From: a virus
Lineage: Duplodnaviria; Caudoviricetes
Reading direction: 5' to 3' (one strand)
Virus record (IMG/VR): IMGVR_UViG_3300037518_000150
Coordinates: 1-24,432 of that record
DNA: 24,432 bases
Shown: positions 18,673 through 24,432 of the stretch, in pieces
Layout of the letters: the number at the start of each line of letters is the position of its first letter
Numbering within the stretch: position 1 is the stretch's first letter
Translations under genes and position numbers: made by a program
The notes under the pieces: generated by a model
What the model was told of the DNA's origin: nothing
The model's input: only the letters and a program-made list of their open reading frames with translations
Database searches by the model: none

Positions 18673-18874
18673 TTAATTCTCCTCTCCAAACAAGTCATAC
18701 TTGCCTTTAGCTAAGTCATATAAAAACGTATACTTAAGATACTTTTCATGTTGAGGCTTATTGATTCTCTGCATGAAGTCGTGCTTGTCTTTATTGTTAT
18801 TAAATACGAATGTAACCATATAATTTACGCGGATTATAAAAGGCAAAGTTTATTTGTTCTCTTAAAATCTTCAT
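18673..18874 (-). pseudogene. Possible internally deleted ParB-like gene remnant
   Basis: MKILREQINFAFYNPRKL (ParB-N-like YNPRK) stops after 24 aa. A second frame, 18673..18819, gives MVTFVFNNNKDKHDFMQRI...EKYLK. ParB-like genes commonly precede terS. Confidence 0.4.
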
Positions 18875-18879
18875 TCATT

Positions 18880-19011
18880 TTAGATATTCCACAACCAAGT
18901 AACCGCCCAGCACACAAAAACGATGACGGCAATAATAAAAACCAATCCAATTGCACTGTCAAATGCTGTATATTCTTCTTGGCTGTGCATGTCAAGCTGT
19001 TTTTTCTTCAT
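18880..19011 (-). CDS. Small membrane protein (43 aa)
   Basis: SD AAGGTGAG; MKKKQLDMHSQEEYTAFDSAIGLVFIIAVIVFVCWAVTWLWNI. Confidence 0.65.
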   Translation of the reverse strand: MKKKQLDMHSQEEYTAFDSAIGLVFIIAVIVFVCWAVTWLWNI

Positions 19012-19106
19012 AATCTCACCTTATTTCGCAATCCCCTGTATCCCTGAGCTTCCCTGTATTCAAGAACTGCTATTCTTTCAGCCAACTTAGAATTGGTACT
19101 ATCTTA

Positions 19107-19135
19107 AATTTAACCTATTTCTTTATATTTTGCAA
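19107..19135 (-). promoter_or_regulatory. Sigma70-like promoter upstream of packaging genes
   Basis: TTGCAA-17 bp-TAAATT; shares TTCCTTGCA with the promoter at 16526-16554. Confidence 0.5.
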
Positions 19136-19244
19136 GGAAATTTTGAGCACATCGAGCGTCCCTTGTTAAATATTTCCATTTAATTAAAAGTTAAAACTCT
19201 TTTCCGTTTTCGGCTTTATGCAAAACCCAGTTAGGTTGCTTAGT

Positions 19245-19351
19245 GGATGACGCCACGGATTCCTGATAGCGCCGAGTCGCCGAATCGAACAGCAACTCAA
19301 CCTCAGCCAGAGAACGCCTCGTGCTCAGTTGCACAAACCGTAGCGCCATCC
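19245..19351 (-). ncRNA. Candidate structured RNA with T-loop-capped 12-bp helix
   Basis: 14-bp closing stem GGAUGGCGCUACGG/CCGUGGCGUCAUCC; hairpin UUUGUGC-AACUGA-GCACGAG; GUUGAGUUGCUG-UUCGAUU-CGGCGACUCGGC. Non-Watson-Crick positions in these stems are G.U only on the minus strand. Confidence 0.6.
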
Positions 19352-19363
19352 TTTAAACAACCC

Positions 19364-19504
19364 TCATGGTTTATCGCCGTGCTTCGCGCGCCTGAAAATT
19401 GCGTTAGTACTGCGCACTTTGATTCCAAAACAATATTGCCAATTCTTCTTATTTTCGCCGGTTTTTTTATTTAAGTAGGCCTTTTCTTTTTCGTGTGAAA
19501 ACAT
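19364..19504 (-). CDS. Short ORF (46 aa) starting inside the repeated attC arm
   Basis: MFSHEKEKAYLNKKTG..., same SD and N-terminus as 21045..21275; may be a remnant. Confidence 0.3.
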   Translation of the reverse strand: MFSHEKEKAYLNKKTGENKKNWQYCFGIKVRSTNAIFRRAKHGDKP

Positions 19505-19545
19505 TTTAATTTTTCCTTTCGCGCCGGTTATGCCTGGCGTTATGC
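19456..19545 (+). repeat. Partial attC (loop + right arm), direct repeat of 21227..21313
   Basis: 19456-19532 vs 21227-21301 differ by 2 substitutions and a 2-nt indel. L' GGTTATG, R' GTTATGC (19539-19545). Left arm not found. Confidence 0.75.
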
Positions 19546-20181
19546 TGACCTAAAATCTTTATGTTTAATTTTCGTAATCAAGCGTGACCCGTTTCGGCAT
19601 AGTAATTCTGTTTTGGGACGGGCGACTATTCCCTCAGCAAGGAAATTGCCCCAGATACTATTGAACCCTTTTCGTGTTTGCTCAACCATTTCTGTTAAAG
19701 TTCCTTCGCCAATTATCGGCACAACATCTAACCCAAAAAATTTGGCTATATCTTCAACGTCCTCTCTCTGTAACCACCATTCACCAATTTTAACATCGAA
19801 CAAAACAAAGTCTTGGTCTTGTCTATAATTCCCACCACCTTTTTGTATTTTAGCTCCGTAACCTTCCCCATATAAACAAACGCCTGTTGTTTCCACGCCA
19901 AATTTTTCAACGAACTGTTGTGCCTGTGGTAAAAATCTATCTTGTAATTTCTTAACTAAAAAAGCTGGTATTTGTGCGTTGTCCGTTTTACCACCGAAGG
20001 CAATATCCTTGCCGTCCCACATTACCCTTATGTTTGTTCCGTCAACTTTTTCTGTGAATACCCAAGTATTATTTTTTATGTAATCAAATTCTGGAAGGGA
20101 ATAGTCGCCCTCTAATAATGTTTTGTGATTGGTCAACGGGTCACGCTTGAAGATGGTTTGTATTTTTATGTATTCTTTCAT
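19540..20181 (-). CDS. RNA ligase (Rnl2-like nucleotidyltransferase domain)
   Basis: Motifs I TEKVDGTN, III LYGEGYG, IIIa FVLFDV, IV EGIV, V KIK. Start re-called at MKEYIK with SD GGAG. Stop TAA lies inside the R' box. Confidence 0.85.
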   Translation of the reverse strand: MKEYIKIQTIFKRDPLTNHKTLLEGDYSLPEFDYIKNNTWVFTEKVDGTNIRVMWDGKDIAFGGKTDNAQIPAFLVKKLQDRFLPQAQQFVEKFGVETTGVCLYGEGYGAKIQKGGGNYRQDQDFVLFDVKIGEWWLQREDVEDIAKFFGLDVVPIIGEGTLTEMVEQTRKGFNSIWGNFLAEGIVARPKTELLCRNGSRLITKIKHKDFRSA

Positions 20182-20199
20182 CCTTACTCCTAAACGGCA

Positions 20200-20331
20200 G
20201 CCTAACAAGCAAATCAAGCCGAATTACTTGCTCGGTGCGGTTATTTTAATTAGTTAATATGTTTTGTTTAGTTATCAATTTTAGTTTCTTACCTTTAAGC
20301 CGTAATCGGCTTATTTGCAACATCGTTAGAG
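20200..20331 (+). mobile_element. attC: attC site (132 bp)
   Basis: R'' GCCTAAC, L'' AAT[C]AAGC, CG[A]ATTAC...GTAATCG, L' GCTTATT, R' GTTAGAG; AT-rich loop; right spacer slightly long (9 nt). Confidence 0.85.
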
Positions 20332-20335
20332 TTGC

Positions 20336-20764
20336 TTAAAACTCATATGTAGCTCCACTCCACCCGTGAAACATGTCTGGCCTTCCTGTCCATCTTAAAA
20401 CAGGGCGATGATTTTCAAAGTCCCATCTTGTTCTCACTTGATAGCTTTCCCAGGTATCAATCCAGGCCGTACATCCTTCTGGATAATACTCTGAGTAACA
20501 ACTTGCCTCGGTTGCCCTTACGGCAACCTTTTCGTTTAACTCCAATTCTTTTATTTTATGAATCACAAGTTGCACATCGCGTACAACTTGATTGTCATCT
20601 TCATTTTTTATAGCTTTTTCAAGCTTCTCAATAAGTATTTTCCCGTTTTCAAATACCTTTTCTTCTTGATGTGCACGGGAAAACACTTCTTTCAGACAAC
20701 TTTTTAGTCCAAAAATTTGGACTGTCATTTCTTTTTGACGCCCTTCTTTTAAATATCCTATCAT
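20336..20764 (-). CDS. Hypothetical cassette protein (142 aa)
   Basis: Start re-called at MIGYLK (SD GGAG, ATGA overlap with upstream stop); Trp-rich C-terminus. Confidence 0.65.
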   Translation of the reverse strand: MIGYLKEGRQKEMTVQIFGLKSCLKEVFSRAHQEEKVFENGKILIEKLEKAIKNEDDNQVVRDVQLVIHKIKELELNEKVAVRATEASCYSEYYPEGCTAWIDTWESYQVRTRWDFENHRPVLRWTGRPDMFHGWSGATYEF

Positions 20765-20958
20765 TTTTCTCTCCTGCGGCATAACCGCGTTTTAACATAA
20801 CACATTTTATTAAAATCCCACCAAAACCTTAACCCACAATTGCAAACATAACCGCAAGACGAATTGCCTCTAATTGTCAATCCACAATCACATTGCTGCA
20901 ATTCAAAATATTTTGATTCATGCAAAGAATCCAAAAATTGCCTTTTTTCTGTTTTCAT
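20761..20958 (-). CDS. Small Cys-rich protein (65 aa)
   Basis: CDCG...CNCG; SD AAGGA. Confidence 0.6.
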   Translation of the reverse strand: MKTEKRQFLDSLHESKYFELQQCDCGLTIRGNSSCGYVCNCGLRFWWDFNKMCYVKTRLCRRREK

Positions 20959-20995
20959 GGTTTTTTTAAATCCTTTTAGTTTTATTAACGTTTCT

Positions 20996-21050
20996 TTCTA
21001 ACCCGTAAATCCAGCCGACCAAAAAGCGGCGGCTGATTAGGGCGTTAGTG
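20996..21050 (+). mobile_element. attC: attC site (55 bp)
   Basis: TTCTAAC-CCGTA-AAT[C]CAGC-CG[A]CC...GGCG-GCTGATT-AGGGC-GTTAGTG. Confidence 0.88.
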
Positions 21051-21275
21051 ACCAAATTGCTTTAAATATTCCGCTATATGAATAAAATTTTCTTTAACAA
21101 CAGCCCGATAATTTAAATCAAATCTATCTTCCCCTGGATAATATTCGCGAGCATATTGCTCCGCTAATTTATCAAGTTTTTTATCTGTTAGTTTACTAAC
21201 ACTAACATCAACCGGACGATTATTCGCGCCGGTTTTTTTATTTAAGTAGGTCTTTTCTTTTTCGTGTGAAAACAT
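21045..21275 (-). CDS. Hypothetical cassette protein (76 aa) whose N-terminus is encoded within attC
   Basis: SD AAGGA and ATG lie in the attC loop; stop TAA lies in the R' box at 21044-21050. Confidence 0.65.
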   Translation of the reverse strand: MFSHEKEKTYLNKKTGANNRPVDVSVSKLTDKKLDKLAEQYAREYYPGEDRFDLNYRAVVKENFIHIAEYLKQFGH

Positions 21276-21313
21276 TTTAATTTCCTTTCGCGCCAGTTAT
21301 GTTTTTGTTAGGC
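21194..21313 (+). mobile_element. attC: attC site (120 bp)
   Basis: TACTAAC-ACTAA-CAT[C]AACC-GG[A]CG...CGCC-AGTTATG-TTTTT-GTTAGGC. Confidence 0.82.
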
Positions 21314-21559
21314 CTTTTTAATCCGTTTAATTATTTCAACTAACTGCCTGCGTTCTACCTCAATAGCACCGTGCTGAATCGCAAGAGCACGCTTTTGTTG
21401 ACAAATATCATAATGAGGCACATTCTTGTTTTGAAACCATTTCCGACGAACTCCTATCTTGTCAGCCATCGCGTGCAATTCAGAATTACTATCTGCAAGC
21501 ATATGACACATCTTCATTCTACCGTAATGATTTTGTGCTTTATCAACGTATACTGGCAT
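21308..21559 (-). CDS. DUF4031-like protein
   Basis: MPVYVD...CHMLADS..ELH.MA.KIG..RKWFQ....HYD.......A...GA pattern. Start codon in R'', stop codon in R'. Confidence 0.8.
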   Translation of the reverse strand: MPVYVDKAQNHYGRMKMCHMLADSNSELHAMADKIGVRRKWFQNKNVPHYDICQQKRALAIQHGAIEVERRQLVEIIKRIKKA

Positions 21560-21612
21560 AACTTTTCACTCAAGCGGACGCAAAAAACGCGCCGCTTAGT
21601 TCCGCGTTAGGT
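21556..21612 (+). mobile_element. attC: attC site (57 bp, classic 59-base-element type)
   Basis: GCATAAC-TTTTC-ACT[C]AAGC-GG[A]CGC...GCGCC-GCTTAGT-TCCGC-GTTAGGT. Confidence 0.92.
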
Positions 21613-21673
21613 TAACACTCTAATAAAATCCTCAAGATAAATCTTACACTTGAACTCGTCTTTATCCCAGGTC

Positions 21674-22084
21674 TCACGCGCCATACCACCCATGAAACAA
21701 TTTTTCAAAATCCTCGAAATGCTCAACGCGGTACACGTTAAGATTGTTAGCCCACTTGCGTTGATTCTGCCGAAGTTCCCGACCTTTTACTTTCAACTCG
21801 ACGGCAAGGCATGAATTGTAATCCCCGGATTTTCTTATCAATATCAAATCCGGTATCCCGCCGAAAGCCTTACCCGTAATACTTTGCAGAAAAGAATTTC
21901 CAAGACCATAGATTATTTTCCAGAAAACATCAGGAACTCGAATCGAACGAACATCGGGATAATACTGAAGAAAGTCCTCGCACTGGCTTTGCAATGTTTC
22001 CTCTGTTTCTTTCATATTGCGGAACTCGCTCGCAGAGATAACATTTCGACCGGTCTGAGCTTCTTTTGAAAATTTAAGTTTCAT
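21674..22084 (-). CDS. VRR-NUC-like PD-(D/E)xK nuclease (possible resolvase)
   Basis: E..LQ, GIPDLIL, VELKVKG, Q..W motifs. Confidence 0.8.
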   Translation of the reverse strand: MKLKFSKEAQTGRNVISASEFRNMKETEETLQSQCEDFLQYYPDVRSIRVPDVFWKIIYGLGNSFLQSITGKAFGGIPDLILIRKSGDYNSCLAVELKVKGRELRQNQRKWANNLNVYRVEHFEDFEKLFHGWYGA

Positions 22085-22155
22085 TTTTTACCGCATTTGC
22101 ATGTTTTCAATGTTCGCTGTTTTTTCATTTTTAATCAATCCCTACCATTCTGATA

Positions 22156-22184
22156 AATATAACACTATTTAAGTTAAATGTCAA
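22156..22184 (-). promoter_or_regulatory. Near-consensus sigma70 promoter
   Basis: TTGACA-17 bp-TATATT with AT-rich upstream tract; points into the nuclease gene and cassette array. Confidence 0.7.
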
Positions 22185-22201
22185 GTTATTTATTAATAAA
22201 T

Positions 22202-24432
22202 CTAACCGCTTTTCTTTGATTTAATCCATTTGATTCTTTGATACTTTAGCCAATTCAAGACTGCTTCGTTTGCCGGTTCAGCCTTGACTCCTTCCATGTT
22301 ACGCGGCCACACGTCAAATTTGCTTTTGTACTGAGCGAGTAACCAGCTATTTGATTTCCCAAGCCGTTTCTGTTCTGATAGGAACATTGCATACCATTTG
22401 CGCTTATCTTCGGTTGTGTATTTCTTTTCTTTTTTATCTTCTTTTCCGTTTCGTGACACTTCAACCATAGCGCCCCGAATAATCTTTACATGGCTTTTTC
22501 TTAAGTCACCTTCTCGCTCATAACCACAGGATGGGCATTTTTTCCCTCTGAATAACGTCCGGCATTTCGGGCATGGCTTCGGAGGTCTGGCCTTGACGAT
22601 TTTCTTTTTAACCTTTCCGTCATCTAATTCATCTGGGAGTGGATCATCCGGAAAACAATCAAGACGTTCTATGTTTCCTGCATGGTCTAAAATGAGGCAA
22701 TGGCCTTTTCCTTCGTGCGCTCTCAGTCCCCGGCCTAACGCCTGAATGTGCCAAATGAGCGAACAAGTCGGACGGGCGATAGAAAGACATTCAACATCAG
22801 TTACGTCAAATCCCTTAACTACCATATCGACGCTAACTAATACCTTGAACTCGTTTTCCTTAAATTCCCGAATAACCCGTTGCGGAGATTCTCCGTTGCG
22901 CTCCATGTAGCAGTCAACTTTTTTAGCTGTTACACCCGCCGCAATGAATTTTTCGGTTATCTCTTTCGCGTGAGCCACGTTGGTTGCAAAAACCATCGTC
23001 TTTCGATTATCAGCAAGCTCTAGCCAGGTCTCAACAATATCCTCAATCAGCACTTTTTTATCCATGCGCTCACCGGCTGTTTTCATGTTGAAGTCCCCGG
23101 CCTGTTTTTTAACGCCTTCCATGTCAGGCATAACCTTACCCAAAATCGCCCGGTAATTCGACAAGTATCCTTCACGCATAAGCTGACCCATGCTCGGCCC
23201 CGTCACGAGAGTCTGCCAGTGCAGACCAAGCCCCTTAGTCCACGGCGTTGCGCTCAGCCCAACCCAATACGAAGAATCCCATTTTTGCATTAACTCGAAC
23301 TGATGTTTGTACGCTGTATGAAATTCATCAACAATACAAAAATCGGCCGGTAATACAGCCCTGTTTTTTAAAGTCTGAATCGAGCATATCTGCAAATTTT
23401 CACTTGGCCTGTTCATGGAATTATTGCCCTGAAGTATGCCAAAAGAAAATCCATCGTCGTAAAATCTTTTGGCTGTTTGGTCAATCAGGCTTAACCGGTC
23501 ACAAATAAAATAAACCCGCTTTCCTGAGCGAACAGCCGGGTCAATCATCATTTGCCCGATTCTCGTGTTATGCGTTACAGTAAAATCACCCAATAGAAAA
23601 CGACCATCTCCGTCTAATTCAAAACCAAACCAATTTCCATATCCAGCATCCTCAATCTTTATACCATGAACTAAATGACGTTTCTTTTGTAGTCTTTTTT
23701 CTGCTTTTTTATCTTTACATGGTATCCTCTCGCAATCACCACTAACTGAGCATCGATAATAGGTACCCTCAAAATTCAATGACTTTATTCTCTTTTTGCA
23801 CTTTTTCACATAGGCAGAAAGTCCAACAGACCGGCATAAAAACGCAAAATCATCGGACAACTTCTTTTCTTTTGTAATCCAGTCATAACCACCATTTGAA
23901 TAATGTCCATCGGAATCAAGTAATCCTGCAAGCAATTCAAGCCTTTGATTAATGCTTCCAGTTAAATAATTTTGCGGAATAAACTTCCTGGTTTCAATAC
24001 ATTCTTTTCTTAAAATATTTAAAACTGGATTAGTTTTGCCTCTTTTTGTAACAAGAGACCAACTATCACAACGTGTTCCATTTGCATTGTTTATTCTTAA
24101 ATGACAGCCAAGACTTTCTCCCCATTTTACCCATTCTTTTGTCAAATTACATTTTGGTTTTGTTATGCTTGGCATCCTTGAAGTACCGTCTCCCAAATAT
24201 ACCCCAACTATATATGGCGGAATTTTTAAGACTTGCTCATTTTTACTAAACTCTATTGCTTCAGACCTCCATCCTTTCAGTAAATGCTTTGCCGAACTGC
24301 TACTGTTCATAAAAACTTCAACATTGACATCGACTATACTTTCTTCGTTTTCTATTATTTTTCCGTTAAACAAAGCAATCCGATCGGTTGTATTTGTTTT
24401 TTTTAAACAAAGTATATGTTCTTTATTGCAAA
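22202..24432 (-). CDS. SF2 helicase (YejH/RadD-like) interrupted by an intein; 5' end outside window
   Basis: DEFH, GLSATP, GFD, QALGRGLR, LDHAGN, CPKC..CPSC. Frame is open to the window edge. Confidence 0.9.
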   Translation of the reverse strand, partial: CNKEHILCLKKTNTTDRIALFNGKIIENEESIVDVNVEVFMNSSSSAKHLLKGWRSEAIEFSKNEQVLKIPPYIVGVYLGDGTSRMPSITKPKCNLTKEWVKWGESLGCHLRINNANGTRCDSWSLVTKRGKTNPVLNILRKECIETRKFIPQNYLTGSINQRLELLAGLLDSDGHYSNGGYDWITKEKKLSDDFAFLCRSVGLSAYVKKCKKRIKSLNFEGTYYRCSVSGDCERIPCKDKKAEKRLQKKRHLVHGIKIEDAGYGNWFGFELDGDGRFLLGDFTVTHNTRIGQMMIDPAVRSGKRVYFICDRLSLIDQTAKRFYDDGFSFGILQGNNSMNRPSENLQICSIQTLKNRAVLPADFCIVDEFHTAYKHQFELMQKWDSSYWVGLSATPWTKGLGLHWQTLVTGPSMGQLMREGYLSNYRAILGKVMPDMEGVKKQAGDFNMKTAGERMDKKVLIEDIVETWLELADNRKTMVFATNVAHAKEITEKFIAAGVTAKKVDCYMERNGESPQRVIREFKENEFKVLVSVDMVVKGFDVTDVECLSIARPTCSLIWHIQALGRGLRAHEGKGHCLILDHAGNIERLDCFPDDPLPDELDDGKVKKKIVKARPPKPCPKCRTLFRGKKCPSCGYEREGDLRKSHVKIIRGAMVEVSRNGKEDKKEKKYTTEDKRKWYAMFLSEQKRLGKSNSWLLAQYKSKFDVWPRNMEGVKAEPANEAVLNWLKYQRIKWIKSKKSG
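23567..24432 (-). mobile_element. Intein with LAGLIDADG homing endonuclease (N-terminus outside window)
   Basis: Block B CNKEHILCL, block C PYIVGVYLGDG, block E LLAGLLDSDG, block G FLLGDFTVTHN followed by +1 Thr. Confidence 0.92.

Noticed and set aside
19245-19351. Canonical tRNA gene, hammerhead ribozyme, or a ~52-aa minus-strand ORF (MALRFVQL...)
   Set aside because: No anticodon arm or proper cloverleaf, no CUGAnGA/GAAA core; the ORF has poor SD spacing and no features.
20779-20800. GCATAAC as the start of another attC and as start of the 148-aa ORF
   Set aside because: No matching L'/R' arm downstream; a better start with SD and ATGA coupling exists at 20764.
19456-21612. Repeats as a CRISPR array or simple terminators
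   Set aside because: Spacing is gene-sized, sequences are divergent, and the box and extrahelical pattern fits attC; no U-tracts follow the stems.
9767-22464. Nested minus-strand ORFs 9767..9961, 12619..12846, 16643..16867, 22255..22464
   Set aside because: Alternate frames overlapping better-supported genes.
1839-23508. Plus-strand ORFs in the track (e.g. 6941..7405, 11672..12316, 18748..19047, 19247..19474)
   Set aside because: They are antisense shadows of clear minus-strand genes or of the RNA candidate, with no recognisable motifs.
1-24432. Alternative genetic code
   Set aside because: Core genes are intact in the standard code, and TAA, TGA and TAG all serve as stops.

Overview
A segment of a tailed (siphovirus-type) phage genome with essentially all real genes on the minus strand. 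Reading right to left: an intein-containing SF2 helicase (truncated by the window edge), a VRR-NUC-like nuclease, an accessory block, small and large terminase, a Mu Com-like Zn finger, SPP1-type portal, scaffold, major capsid, neck genes, two tail tube paralogues, chaperone, tape measure, hub/distal tail genes and two tail fibres. Four things stand out. (1) The accessory block (about 19.2-21.6 kb) is an integron-like cassette array: four complete attC sites with both canonical extrahelical bases plus partial sites, no integrase in the window, and every cargo ORF (RNA ligase, DUF4031, others) inverted relative to the attC top strand so that it follows phage transcription. (2) Four proteins of the morphogenesis operon (two fibres, two capsid-flanking paralogues) carry Sec signal peptides cleaved before Gln and are rich in D-(S/T)-hydrophobic motifs, suggesting exported, possibly host-glycosylated virion parts. 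(3) A ~107-nt structured RNA candidate with a 12-bp T-loop-capped helix lies just downstream of the RNA ligase. (4) A Com-like gene precedes a portal gene whose UUG start abuts a perfect 10-bp hairpin. All family assignments come from motif recognition by eye, with no database search.
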